A DNA stretch of 64,000 nucleotides from Spirochaetales bacterium (GCA_027451945.1 DAIDHT010000033.1:4245-68244), one strand, 5' to 3'. Shown: positions 9,403 through 18,873, counted from the first letter of the stretch. Program-made: numbers and translations. The notes: generated by a model from the letters alone, not told the origin.

Positions 9403-10367
9403 GACGCCAACACCGCCAGGCTTTCTTCGTGGCGGTGGGTGGTCATTAGCCGGGCACGCAGGTCCAGCGCGCCCTCCCAACCCGAGGTATATACCTTAAA
9501 AAACTTCTTGAGCTTTTCGTAATCTTTGGTTTGTCCCCACGCTTCAAAGTGGTCACGAATGTGTCGTTCCAAAAGGTTCAACTTTTCATCGCGGCTCCAG
9601 GTCTCGTACTGACGGTAGCCCTCGCGGCGAAAGATACCAATGTCTGAAAAAACGCCGCGTCCGATCATCAGGCCATCGACGCCGGTTTCTTGCAGGCGCT
9701 GATCCAACTGCGGCCAGGTCAAGTCGCCGTTACCGATGATGCGGGTTGCCCTGCCCAAGGCGTTCCGCAACTGCACCACCTTGGCGATTTCTTGCCAGTC
9801 AGCCCAGCCTTCGGACATTTGTTTGGCAATCCTGCCATGGACTGTGAGGGCGTCCAACTCTTGTTCGAGCAACAGGCCACACCACTCTTGCGTTTCGACC
9901 TTGCTCCAGCCAAGTCGGGTTTTGACACTGATCCCGATCTGCGGTGACACCGAGCGGGCCCCCTCTTTGACCGCCTGAATCAACTCAATGGCCACACTCG
10001 GCATCCGAATAAGAGCGCTGCAAGCCCCTTTGCGCGAGATCTTTTTCACAGGGCAGCCCATATTGATATCGACCCCCGCAAAGCCTCTTTCGGCGACCAG
10101 ATGCGCCGCCTTGTACATTTGTTCGGGGTTGCCTCCCCAAATTTGCGCTACCAAAGGACGACGACCAAGTTCCCCTTCGTAGGTTTCTAACCGGACAAGG
10201 GCTTTTTCGGGATGCGAGGAGCAAAGGTACTCGGCACTGGTAAATTCCGTGTATAGCACCTCGGGTTCGCCGTGGTCGGCCACAAGACGGCGAAACACCT
10301 TGTCGGTGACATCTTCCATGGGGGCTAACACCCTGAAGCCTGAGGGTAGAGTACTCCAAAACGACAT
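9381..10367 (-). CDS. dus: tRNA-dihydrouridine synthase
   Basis: LAPMEDVTD, GADGVDINMGCP-like (GFAGVDINMGCPVKK) and TVHGR motifs of Dus family FMN enzymes. It overlaps the GT4 gene convergently by 22 bp. Confidence 0.85.
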   Translation of the reverse strand: MSFWSTLPSGFRVLAPMEDVTDKVFRRLVADHGEPEVLYTEFTSAEYLCSSHPEKALVRLETYEGELGRRPLVAQIWGGNPEQMYKAAHLVAERGFAGVDINMGCPVKKISRKGACSALIRMPSVAIELIQAVKEGARSVSPQIGISVKTRLGWSKVETQEWCGLLLEQELDALTVHGRIAKQMSEGWADWQEIAKVVQLRNALGRATRIIGNGDLTWPQLDQRLQETGVDGLMIGRGVFSDIGIFRREGYRQYETWSRDEKLNLLERHIRDHFEAWGQTKDYEKLKKFFKVYTSGWEGALDLRARLMTTHRHEESLAVLASYRAFAP

Positions 10368-10445
10368 AGGCGAAGAATACGAAAAAGACTTCTCGGCTGT
10401 CCAGCATTCCTAGGCTAAACTCGGTTCCTGGGCTAAACTGACCCC

Positions 10446-11771
10446 ATGACTCAGCACACTTGGTTTCATAACATCGAGAATGAAGGCGAAGCCCAGATGA
10501 TCCGCAGTGAGCGTCAACGATCCGGGCTCATTTTGGCAGTGCTCACACTCTTTTTGTCGACCAACACCCTACTTCACCTGGCGTTCCCTCATTTCATCAA
10601 CGATCTGTTTTCTCATCGTTTTCCTACCGTACCCTCTTTTTTAGGCTCAGGAATCTTTACCGTTTACGAAATTGCGTTCTACCGTTTTTTGACGCACTGT
10701 TTGAAACAAGGCTACGCTCCTCCGCCCTTTGTCCGCTTTGGTAATGCCCTTTTAGAAACCTCGATTCCTACCATTGCCCTTGCGGTAGCGGCGCGTTCCT
10801 TTGACCCCGCGTCGGCAATGGCTAGCCCTTTTTACGCGCTCTACTTCTTGTTCATTATTCTCTCGGCCCTGAGGATGAACACCATCCTGACAATTTTTAC
10901 CTCGGCCGTCGCCACCATCGAATATTTGGTAGCAGGAGTCTTGCTTCTGCCGCCCCACACCCCCGATTTTGCCTTGATGCTGATGCGCGATGGGCTGTTG
11001 TTGTTGGCAGGGATTCTTTCGGCGTTTGTCAGCGCCCGGGTTCGCGCCAGTGTCTTCGCCGCATGGCGAAGTCTTGAAGACAAGAACCGTGTGATGAATC
11101 TCTTTGGTCAACATGTTTCGCCCGCCGTTGTTCAAAAACTGCTCGACCAACCGCAAGAGTTGCTCAGCGAAAACCTTCCGGTGACCATCCTTTTTCTGGA
11201 TATTCGTAACTTTACTGGCTATGCCGAAAAACGATCGCCCGAAGACGTCGTGAATTATTTGAATCATCTGTTTGATTTCATGATTGACGTCATCAACAGA
11301 AACCACGGCATCGTCAACAAGTTCTTGGGCGACGGCTTTTTAGCGGTCTTTGGCGCCCCCCTTCACGAGGGCAACTCGGCGCAAAATGCTCTCAGAGCGG
11401 CCCTCGAGTTGCGCGAGGAGGTAGCCGAACGCGTAAGGCTTGGCCAAACACCCCCGACTCGAATAGGGATTGGAATTCATTCAGGGCCCGCTGTTACCGG
11501 CACGGTGGGGTCGCTTCAACGCCGCGAGTACACGGTGATCGGAAACGTCGTGAACACTGCCAGCCGTCTTGAAAGTTTAAACAAAGACCTCGGCACCAGC
11601 CTCTTGGTTTCGGATGAGGTGTGGCGTGAAGGCCACTGGGAATCCTTGACTGGGATTGACCGAGGCGAAATCAAAATTCGCGGCAAAGATACCCTCTTAC
11701 GGGTTTGGGAAATCCCAGAACCAGCCCTTCTGGCCGAACTTGACGAAAGTCGAGGCAACCCGGTATATTAA
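10446..11771 (+). CDS. membrane-anchored class III adenylate/guanylate cyclase
   Basis: N-terminal hydrophobic segments followed by a cyclase homology domain (TILFLDIRNFTGYAE, FLGDGFLAVFGAP, IGIGIHSGPAVTGTVG). Confidence 0.85.
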   Translation: MTQHTWFHNIENEGEAQMIRSERQRSGLILAVLTLFLSTNTLLHLAFPHFINDLFSHRFPTVPSFLGSGIFTVYEIAFYRFLTHCLKQGYAPPPFVRFGNALLETSIPTIALAVAARSFDPASAMASPFYALYFLFIILSALRMNTILTIFTSAVATIEYLVAGVLLLPPHTPDFALMLMRDGLLLLAGILSAFVSARVRASVFAAWRSLEDKNRVMNLFGQHVSPAVVQKLLDQPQELLSENLPVTILFLDIRNFTGYAEKRSPEDVVNYLNHLFDFMIDVINRNHGIVNKFLGDGFLAVFGAPLHEGNSAQNALRAALELREEVAERVRLGQTPPTRIGIGIHSGPAVTGTVGSLQRREYTVIGNVVNTASRLESLNKDLGTSLLVSDEVWREGHWESLTGIDRGEIKIRGKDTLLRVWEIPEPALLAELDESRGNPVY

Positions 11772-11777
11772 CGGCAC

Positions 11778-11850
11778 GGACGATTAACTCAGCGGTTAGA
11801 GTGCTACCTTCACACGGTAGAAGTCGGTGGTTCGAATCCACTATCGTCCA
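11778..11850 (+). tRNA. tRNA-Val (anticodon CAC)
   Basis: Manual cloverleaf fold: acceptor stem GGACGAT/ATCGTCC, D stem ACTC/GAGT, anticodon stem CTACC/GGTAG with loop TTCACAC (anticodon CAC), T arm GGTGG-TTCGAAT-CCACT and discriminator A. It starts 6 nt after the cyclase stop codon. Confidence 0.85.
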
Positions 11851-12306
11851 TCTTTCTTGAAACCTCAGGGGCAGAAGACCTGTACTCACTCAAAAAGGCC
11901 CGCTCGTCATCAGCCTCTACTCGCTGGGCGCTGAACTGGTAGCTACCGCTCCCATGCCCCCCGACAGCGGTTTGAGTTTTGACGAAATCGACTTGTAATA
12001 CCATGCTATTGTTGCCCTATCCCGGTCAATTGGAGGTTTCCCTGTAACCGTTCACCGTTGGCGGACGTTATCAACCAGCGTGCGACTCACCGATTTTTCT
12101 CAACTTTCGCCTGACACCTATGTTTTCCAGGTATACTCCGTCCAAAAAAATCCCCTGGGGAGGGTCTTCGGAATGAGCCTCGATTCTTCCAGTTCATTCC
12201 GTTTCGATCAGTCGCGTCTCAGGGCTGTTCGATTACCCCCTTCGATCATTTTGGAGGCTCTTTAACAGTTTGAGGGCTCTGACTCGGTCCGAGCTTCTGC
12301 GTTTTT

Positions 12307-12654
12307 TCACGAACCATAGTAACAAGCTCGGGCCCTAGATCGAGAAAGAATCTTGAAGAGACTTGTGCGTTCCAAGCCGATCGCTTTGTAGGTCACCTTT
12401 TGGGGGTCCCCTACAACGTCAATAGCTTCGAAAGGCCAAAAGGTTTTGATTTCCTCCTCGTCTCCCTGGACGACACCAATCAGGTGGACGTCCTCACGGT
12501 CAAGTTCGGCCTTCAAGGCGGGGAGCAAAAGTTTTGCTTCTTGAAAAAATCGGCACCCAAAGTGCCTAAGCCACACGATGAGCAAATGCTGATGGCCCGC
12601 CAAATGAAACCATTCGTCAAAGACCTCTGTTAGTTTATCGCCTACCCTCAGCAT
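12307..12654 (-). CDS. thioredoxin-fold protein, AhpC/TSA_2 (PRXL2-like) family, short form
   Basis: LIVWLRHFGCRFFQEAKLL resembles the RxFGCxxCR region of peroxiredoxin-like 2 proteins, here as CxxF. The start was set at the ATG at 12654 (MLRVGDKL) because GGGAGG lies 5 nt upstream. The track ORF starts at an upstream GTG. Confidence 0.5.
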   Translation of the reverse strand: MLRVGDKLTEVFDEWFHLAGHQHLLIVWLRHFGCRFFQEAKLLLPALKAELDREDVHLIGVVQGDEEEIKTFWPFEAIDVVGDPQKVTYKAIGLERTSLFKILSRSRARACYYGS

Positions 12655-12959
12655 CACTACCTCCCTGTGTTGGTCACGAGAAAAATCCACCGAGTCCAGA
12701 ATTTATCCGTTAATTGTCCATAGATACCGAAGGGCATTTCATGGAGGCGTTGAAAGTGGGCAGGTTGTAGACCGTCACGGGTTCCCCTTCTCTGGTTATT
12801 CCGCCCAACACCAGCATGACTTTAGAATAATTCCCATTCTAGGCTAAGGGGTGTCAACCGATACGTCAAGTCTCGCTGGGGAGTATTGTCGCAGCCCGAG
12901 TGACCGGTTTCACCCTTGATAAACGCCAGGGAGGGATTTCCAGGAGGTTCAATCCATCA

Positions 12960-12985
12960 CAACCTGTTAAAAAACTAACAGGTTG
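12960..12985. promoter_or_regulatory. 26-bp palindrome CAACCTGT-N10-ACAGGTTG (operator-like site 1)
   Basis: Perfect 8-bp inverted arms read directly from the sequence (caacctgt taaaaaacta acaggttg). Confidence 0.5.
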
Positions 12986-13263
12986 ACTTCGCCGGGCGAA
13001 AAAAATCACAAGTAACACGTGAAACCCCTGGTAACTCGTTTGTTTTTAATTCCTGTCACAATAACGCCAACTTTGAGGTTAAATTCGACACGCTTTGAGT
13101 CACATTGCTGGCATGAAACAGTCACCATCGAAGCCAAATCTCGATTGCTAGAGAATATTTTCTAATCACCATCACGACCGAAGCCTGTCCTGGAGGCAAA
13201 ACTTCGGTGTCTAGGTGAAAAACCTTTCGAGTTTCGCACGTGTGCTCGTTTCCGACAAAATCC

Positions 13264-13289
13264 CAACCTGTGAAATATTTAACAGGTTG
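13264..13289. promoter_or_regulatory. 26-bp palindrome CAACCTGT-N10-ACAGGTTG (operator-like site 2)
   Basis: The identical 8-bp arms recur 304 bp downstream with a different AT-rich N10 spacer (caacctgt gaaatattta acaggttg). It lies about 160 bp upstream of the msrAB start. Confidence 0.5.
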
Positions 13290-13402
13290 AGCCATTTTAA
13301 CACACTGAAAGGACGTCGACACACTCCTTTCGGCTTCAAGGGGGCAACTTAACGTGGTACTTCAGAAGGCGAGACGATTTCCGATTTTTTTACTAAGATT
13401 TA

Positions 13403-13431
13403 TTGACGCCTGAACTCCAGCGGGCTATTTT
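13403..13431 (+). promoter_or_regulatory. candidate sigma70-type promoter for msrAB
   Basis: TTGACG, a 17-nt spacer and TATTTT, followed by GGAGGTG SD and a GTG start at 13450. Confidence 0.35.
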
Positions 13432-13449
13432 TATTACGGAGGTGCGACG

Positions 13450-14649
13450 GTGCGTTATAAGACCTTGACCGTCCTTTTGTTGTTTATGACAGCTTGTACC
13501 CGATCTTCCGCTTCATCCCCAGCTCCTGCCACGTTCCCTGACCCCCCTCCTTCGACGGCTTCACCGGCTTCGCTCGAAACCGCCGTTTTTGCCGGGGGTT
13601 GTTTTTGGGGTGTAGAGGCCGTTTTTGAATCCTTAAAGGGTGTTACCTCGGCAGTTTCGGGGTATGCGGGGGGAACATCCCCTAACCCCACCTACGAGGA
13701 AGTTTGCACAGGAACCACCGGTTACGCCGAGTCGGTTCAAGTGACGTTTGACCCCAAGATTATTTCGTATGGGACGCTACTGAAAATCTTTTTTTCTGTT
13801 GCGCATGACCCTACTGAACTGAATCGCCAGGGCCCTGACGTGGGCACCAATTATCGTTCGGCGATCTTCACCGAATCTGAAGCCCAAGCTCAACAGGCCA
13901 AACAGTACATACAGATTCTTACCGAAAAGAAAGCCTTTCCTAGGCCCATTGTTACGCAAGTTGTTCCGCTGACAAAGTTTTATTCGGCCGAAGCGTATCA
14001 TCAACATTATTTGGAAGAGCACCCCGATTCACCCTATATCGTCCAGTGCGACCTGCCTAAGTTGAGTCGTTTAGTGAGGATGTATCCGGAACTTGTTAAA
14101 CCGGGTTCGCCTGCCGCTACCGATACCCCAACCAAAGTCTGGCATGGTCTAATTGTTCTTCAGCCCGACCAGACCCCCGTTGTTCCCGTGCAACATTCTG
14201 ATACCGACTGGAAGCATTTACTAGGGAACCAAGCCTGGGGAATTTTACGACGTGCTGATACCGAGGCCCCTTTTACGGGCGCTTATTGGAACGAACACCG
14301 CCCTGGCACCTATTACAGCGCCGCCACGGGGGAACCGCTGTTTCGCTCACAGGATAAATTTGATTCCGGCTGCGGGTGGCCCAGCTTTTCAAAACCCATT
14401 ACAAGCCGAGGCATTATCCTCCGCCAGGACAATAGTCATGGGATGAGCCGAATTGAGGTTTTAGATTCGTCTTCGGGTAGTCACCTGGGCCATGTCTTTA
14501 ACGATGGCCCGGACGCTTCAAAGTCTTTTCCCGAAGGAACTGGCCTGAGGTACTGCATTAACTCGGCGGCGATGATCTTTGTTCCCGACGGGGCACCCCT
14601 GCCACCTTTAGTGGCGGCCTGGAAAGCCGCACACCCCACACAGCCGTGA
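13450..14649 (+). CDS. msrAB: fused peptide methionine sulfoxide reductase MsrA-MsrB lipoprotein
   Basis: Signal peptide with lipobox-like MTAC. MsrA active site GGCFWG and MsrB motifs GCGWPSF and RYCINSAA. GTG start behind GGAGGTG. Confidence 0.9.
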   Translation: MRYKTLTVLLLFMTACTRSSASSPAPATFPDPPPSTASPASLETAVFAGGCFWGVEAVFESLKGVTSAVSGYAGGTSPNPTYEEVCTGTTGYAESVQVTFDPKIISYGTLLKIFFSVAHDPTELNRQGPDVGTNYRSAIFTESEAQAQQAKQYIQILTEKKAFPRPIVTQVVPLTKFYSAEAYHQHYLEEHPDSPYIVQCDLPKLSRLVRMYPELVKPGSPAATDTPTKVWHGLIVLQPDQTPVVPVQHSDTDWKHLLGNQAWGILRRADTEAPFTGAYWNEHRPGTYYSAATGEPLFRSQDKFDSGCGWPSFSKPITSRGIILRQDNSHGMSRIEVLDSSSGSHLGHVFNDGPDASKSFPEGTGLRYCINSAAMIFVPDGAPLPPLVAAWKAAHPTQP

Positions 14650-14702
14650 CTAACTTGACCCCAAGCGATTTTCCATGAATAGTTCAGCGGGGGAGATTGT
14701 TC

Positions 14703-15233
14703 ATGATTCTGACGGGAATAGAGATTCAGAAACGCTTGGGTACGGATATTATCATAGAGCCGTTTCAGCCGGCTCAGCTCAATCCGAATAGCTATAACCT
14801 ACGGTTGTCGGACGAGCTTATGGTTTACACCACCGATGTGCTTGATATGGCCAAGCCCAACCCCCACCGCTTGGTAAAAATCCCCGCAGAAGGGTTGCGC
14901 TTGGAGCCTGGCAAACTCTACTTGGGAAGGACTTTGGAGTATACTGCCACCAAAGGGCTGGTTCCCATGCTCGAAGGACGCTCATCGGTAGGGCGACTGG
15001 GCTTATTTATTCATATTACTGCAGGGTTTGGCGACGTCGGCTTTCAGGGCTTTTGGACCCTCGAGATTTTATGTGTCCAGCCGGTTATCGTTTACCCCGG
15101 GGTCGAGATTTGTCAGATTTACTACCACACGGTCGAAGGGGATTACGTGGCGTATGCCAGCGGTAAGTACCAAAATAACCACGGTATTCAACCCAGCTTG
15201 CTTTACAAAGACTTTGAAGGAAAATCCTCATGA
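14703..15233 (+). CDS. dcd: dCTP deaminase
   Basis: EGRSSVGRLGLFIHITAGFGDVGFQGFWTLE matches the Dcd/dUTPase-fold signature. The start was set at the ATG at 14703 behind GGGGGAG. Confidence 0.85.
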   Translation: MILTGIEIQKRLGTDIIIEPFQPAQLNPNSYNLRLSDELMVYTTDVLDMAKPNPHRLVKIPAEGLRLEPGKLYLGRTLEYTATKGLVPMLEGRSSVGRLGLFIHITAGFGDVGFQGFWTLEILCVQPVIVYPGVEICQIYYHTVEGDYVAYASGKYQNNHGIQPSLLYKDFEGKSS

Positions 15234-15718
15234 GCCTAACCCCCGCATCTCAAGAACGAACCATTATCGCCCACGGGTTTTCGCCCGACGAGATTGCTCA
15301 GCTCGAAGGACTTTTACGCCATGACGATCACCAACCGCTCGTGTTTGCCGCCACACGGGACCGTCATTTAAAGCTAGCGTTGCAGGACTTGGTACGCTTG
15401 GTTCATCGTGAAGCGGATCCACGCGACCTTGCCGCGTCGGAAAGTTCCGACCAACCAGCACGGATCCCTGACCGTGAAAATCAACGGGTTTTATATTTGC
15501 ATGGTTTTGATAAAAAAGAGTTGTTCGGTTTGGTTGATCTGATCAAAAAAAATGTTGCTAACCCTAAAGGAATCGCCTTTGCCACTAGTACCACCAACAA
15601 CCTATCCATGCCGTTGGCCCGCTTAGTCTGGGAAGTCTGGCGCGACCATGATTATATGGAGGCTCGGCGTCAAGCCCAGCGTGAGGGCCGCCCCCTTCCG
15701 CCCCCACCCGAGGATTAA
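15230..15718 (+). CDS. hypothetical protein (162 aa) with an internal duplicated hGF...L module and a Pro-rich C-terminus
   Basis: ATGA overlap with the dcd stop. No recognisable catalytic motif. Confidence 0.5.
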   Translation: MSLTPASQERTIIAHGFSPDEIAQLEGLLRHDDHQPLVFAATRDRHLKLALQDLVRLVHREADPRDLAASESSDQPARIPDRENQRVLYLHGFDKKELFGLVDLIKKNVANPKGIAFATSTTNNLSMPLARLVWEVWRDHDYMEARRQAQREGRPLPPPPED

Positions 15719-16317
15719 CTTTTAGGAGGCCCACCGGGCGCAGGGGCTCCCCCCTGACCGGCAGCCATCTTTAAAAAGCCAAAGATCGTTCCGCACACGC
15801 CACCGACGACGTGGGCAACACTCGATACGTCATGACTTCCGGGTGCCGCCCCTCGGGTAATTTCGGCCAGCATAAACAGAATAAAGACCAACAAGAACGA
15901 AACCGGAATTTCGCCTTGTTTGGTCCGGGCAAAACTCACCAGCATGATCATCATAAAGACAATAGCCGACGAGCCGACGAGCGGCGGCTGGCGCAACAGC
16001 ACGTTAAAAATTCCCGCTACCAGCGTGGTAGCGGCCATCATAAACAACATGGCTTTGGGCGCATATTTTTCTTCGAGAATGGGCCCCAACAAAATCAAAA
16101 ACAGCAGGTTATTCCAAAGGTGCGTCCAATTTTCATGACCAAAAACATAAAAGATCAACGCAAACCAGTTTTGCGGCTGACTAGCTTGAAAGTCAGCACC
16201 GGGGGCACGCAAATAGGTTGCGACAAAGCCGGGCGCCACGTATTGGTCAATAAGTAGCACCACGGTGCAGATGAGGGCAAAACTGAAGGTAACTGGGGCG
16301 TTATAGCGCAGATGCAT
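15715..16317 (-). CDS. rhomboid family intramembrane serine protease
   Basis: HENWTHLWNNLLFL (H..N motif), GSSAIVF (GxSG-like, Ser nucleophile) and AHVVGGVCGTIFG (catalytic His) spread over six hydrophobic segments. Confidence 0.8.
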   Translation of the reverse strand: MHLRYNAPVTFSFALICTVVLLIDQYVAPGFVATYLRAPGADFQASQPQNWFALIFYVFGHENWTHLWNNLLFLILLGPILEEKYAPKAMLFMMAATTLVAGIFNVLLRQPPLVGSSAIVFMMIMLVSFARTKQGEIPVSFLLVFILFMLAEITRGAAPGSHDVSSVAHVVGGVCGTIFGFLKMAAGQGGAPAPGGPPKS

Positions 16318-16420
16318 GGGCTCTCCCGTTCTTTTTTCGGCATGAAATCGCTTTGACCTAACCGGTTTTATCGTTCTTTACGGCCTTGCGTGCCAAGAGG
16401 ATTCCCTGAATAATAGAGCC

Positions 16421-17863
16421 ATGGATGCCGAGCGTTTACGCCAAAGCTTGACGGACAACCCTTCATTGCGCCTCTTGCGTAACCCGCATGCGCTCTTTCT
16501 TTTGCTTTTTTTTCGAAAGATGTTCTATGACGACCCCATTCCTATGGTCGAAAGCGATCTCTTAGAGGGGCGGCTGGCCACCTTTTTTGAAGAATGCGGT
16601 CTCGAGGCTGACGAAATTCCGTTAGCCCAGGGCGATCGTCACCGCCGGGCAAAAGTACTCTTAGACCATTGGTGCCGCGACGAAATTCGTTACCTGAGAC
16701 GGTTTGCCGACGAAAATGGCCAGGTCTGGGTTGAAGCGACACCCTGGACGCAACGGGTGTTCCAGTGGATCGAAACCCTCGACGACACTTTAGTGGGAAC
16801 CGAAAGCCGCTTTGATGAAATCCTCCAGCGGTTAGATGACCTAGTTTTGAAGCTTGACCCTGACCCGAAGTCTCGTATTCGGCGTCTCGAAAAAAAGAAA
16901 GCCGCACTGGACTTAGAAATTCAAAAGCTTAAGATCGGCCTTGAGCCCCCGCAGTGGACCGATGTTCAGCTCGAAGAACGAATTAGCGCGCTCAACCGCC
17001 TCTCCCGTGCCCTGCTAGGCGATTTTAAGCAGGTTGAACAAAACTTTCAGACTTTGGTCCGCCGGATCTATGAACAACAGGCCCAAGAAGGTTTTAGTCG
17101 CGGGGACATTCTGGGCTATACCTTGGACGCCGCCGAAGAACTTCGCCAAAGTCCTCAGGGACGTAGCTTTTATGCCTTTTGGGAGCACCTGATTCGTGAA
17201 GGCGAACAGGAGTCGCTTCCTGAGCGCCTGGGCGAACTGTTTGCGTTGCTCGATGCGCAAAATCGCAGCCCTCATGATGAGGTCCTCCGTCACCTGAAAA
17301 CGCATCTGCATTTAGCAGGGCGCAAAGTCATTGCTGGCAACCGGTTGCTCGCCGAAAAGTTAAATAAACTCCTCTCGGAACAAGACTTTCATCACCGTGA
17401 ACGGCTTCGCACGCTTTTAGCCTCGCTAAAAGAAGAGTTTGTCCGTCACAATGCCTCGCCCCCCGCTGACTTTGTTTGGGAGGTTGAGGGCGATGCCGAG
17501 TTAAGTATGATTGCCGACCGCCCGTGGAGCGAACCACCCGAAGGGCGTTTTAAAGACCATCGTCCCCAGCGGGAAACCCAGGCCCTACCCGCCGAAAGCC
17601 GCGCTGTCCTTACGGGTCAGTTTAGTATCGACTTGCTTAAGCTTCGCCGTCGCGTGGCCGAGAGTACCCGCCAAGGCCAAGCCACCTTAGAGGAAATCCT
17701 TTCGCGCTGGCCACCCGAGCAAGGCCTGTCGGAAGTTCTTGCCTACTTAGAAATCGCTTCGTTTTCGCCTTCAGGGCATGTCAATCCTGACGAGACTACC
17801 CTTTTGCCGGTTGATGAGCGCCTCCGGCTTCGATCCCCCCGCGTGGAGTTTGGCCATGTCTGA
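16421..17863 (+). CDS. JetA/MksF-like (DUF3375-type) kleisin-like subunit of an MksBEF/Wadjet-type SMC complex
   Basis: 480-aa helical protein, translationally coupled (ATGTCTGA overlap) to a ~200-aa acidic partner. Size, charge pattern and context match MksF/JetA. The assignment is by architecture, not by a run profile search. Confidence 0.55.
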   Translation: MDAERLRQSLTDNPSLRLLRNPHALFLLLFFRKMFYDDPIPMVESDLLEGRLATFFEECGLEADEIPLAQGDRHRRAKVLLDHWCRDEIRYLRRFADENGQVWVEATPWTQRVFQWIETLDDTLVGTESRFDEILQRLDDLVLKLDPDPKSRIRRLEKKKAALDLEIQKLKIGLEPPQWTDVQLEERISALNRLSRALLGDFKQVEQNFQTLVRRIYEQQAQEGFSRGDILGYTLDAAEELRQSPQGRSFYAFWEHLIREGEQESLPERLGELFALLDAQNRSPHDEVLRHLKTHLHLAGRKVIAGNRLLAEKLNKLLSEQDFHHRERLRTLLASLKEEFVRHNASPPADFVWEVEGDAELSMIADRPWSEPPEGRFKDHRPQRETQALPAESRAVLTGQFSIDLLKLRRRVAESTRQGQATLEEILSRWPPEQGLSEVLAYLEIASFSPSGHVNPDETTLLPVDERLRLRSPRVEFGHV

Positions 17864-18452
17864 TGATCTTGAGTTTACGGTGCTCTCGTATGCACCGGTT
17901 ATTCTAAAACTGCTTCAAGGCCCTCTTTACGACGATGATGCCAAGCTCTGGGCACTCTTGCTGGACAACACAGGGGCCGTCCAAGAGTGGTTTGGCCATA
18001 TCGGGTTGCGACTGATGCTGGTAACCGAAGAGGGACTGGCGTATTTGACTCAGCCTGAGGACGAAGAAGATACCCTGCCTCGGTTGGTGAAACGGGCACC
18101 CTTGGGGTACGATGCCACCGTTTTAGCGGTGATTTTGCGTGACGCCCTCGAGGAGTTTGACCTTACCAATACCGATAGCCGTGACCTCTTTATAACCGCT
18201 CGCGACCTTCAAGCCCGCCTGGCTCCCTATACGGGGGGGCGTTTTGACGAGGCCCGTACTTGGAAGCAGTTTGAACGCTCGCTGGGGCATATGGTTAAGC
18301 TCGGGTTCTTGCGTGAGACGGCTTCGCCCGACCCCGGCGACCAGGGCCGCAAGGTTTATCAAGTTATGCGCATCCTCAAGGTCAAGCTGGGTGGGGCCCA
18401 GCTTGATGACCTCAAGGCTCGGTTAGCGGCTTATCGACCGGGTGGGGCCTGA
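17856..18452 (+). CDS. JetB/MksE-like (DUF4194-type) subunit
   Basis: 199-aa acidic protein (MSDDLEFTVLSYAPVILKLLQGPLYDDD...) starting inside the stop codon of the upstream gene. This is the typical MksE/JetB size and position. Confidence 0.5.
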   Translation: MSDDLEFTVLSYAPVILKLLQGPLYDDDAKLWALLLDNTGAVQEWFGHIGLRLMLVTEEGLAYLTQPEDEEDTLPRLVKRAPLGYDATVLAVILRDALEEFDLTNTDSRDLFITARDLQARLAPYTGGRFDEARTWKQFERSLGHMVKLGFLRETASPDPGDQGRKVYQVMRILKVKLGGAQLDDLKARLAAYRPGGA

Positions 18453-18823
18453 CGAACGTACAAGATACGGGTTCCCAACAGTTCGCCGTCCACGCTAAAG
18501 CTGAGCAAATAGGTTCCGGCGCGGGGAAAGGTCACGTTCATAAGCGCTGGGGTTAACTCAACGACAACCTCGGCTTCGGGGGATTCAAAGTCGCCGTTGA
18601 AGGGAACTACGACTTGTTGAGACTCTTCGTGTACAAGCGTCAAAGCAAAGGTATGCTTACCCGTGAGGTTTGTGACCGCTGCATAGATAAACCATGGCGG
18701 GAACAAGGCGGGAAAGCTTTGCGAATGAAAGACATTGAACGTGCCAATGATTCCCCGCTTTCCGTTGTTTTCAATAATGACACGATCGGCAAATAACAGG
18801 CCGACAAGAACCGGTTCACTCAA
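18431..18823 (-). CDS. hypothetical protein (130 aa)
   Basis: ORF convergent with jetB, overlapping it by 22 bp. No recognisable motif. Confidence 0.45.
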   Translation of the reverse strand: MSEPVLVGLLFADRVIIENNGKRGIIGTFNVFHSQSFPALFPPWFIYAAVTNLTGKHTFALTLVHEESQQVVVPFNGDFESPEAEVVVELTPALMNVTFPRAGTYLLSFSVDGELLGTRILYVRQAPPGR

Positions 18824-18873
18824 TTTTTTCCCCTTTGGCCCTTGGGCCGTCGCTGGTCAAAGTTCTGTTTTGG

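Noticed and set aside
11810-12004. Minus-strand 64-aa ORF overlapping tRNA-Val.
   Set aside because: It overlaps a confidently folded tRNA, has no SD and has low-complexity composition. Spurious.
12262-12300. Possible Rho-independent terminator (CTCGG-t-CCGAG ... GCGTTTTTTC).
   Set aside because: The stem is very short and separated from the U-tract by 8 nt. It is kept only as a weak element of the sRNA hypothesis, not called as a terminator.
13122-13322. 66-aa minus-strand ORF spanning palindrome site 2.
   Set aside because: No SD. It overlaps the operator-like palindrome and the likely msrAB promoter. The composition is not protein-like.
11778-13449. Possible integrated mobile element or genomic islet at the tRNA-Val 3' end.
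   Set aside because: No integrase, transposase or phage gene is present. No direct repeat of the tRNA 3' end was found downstream. GC content is not markedly different from the flanks. The region is better interpreted as long regulatory or sRNA-containing intergenic DNA.
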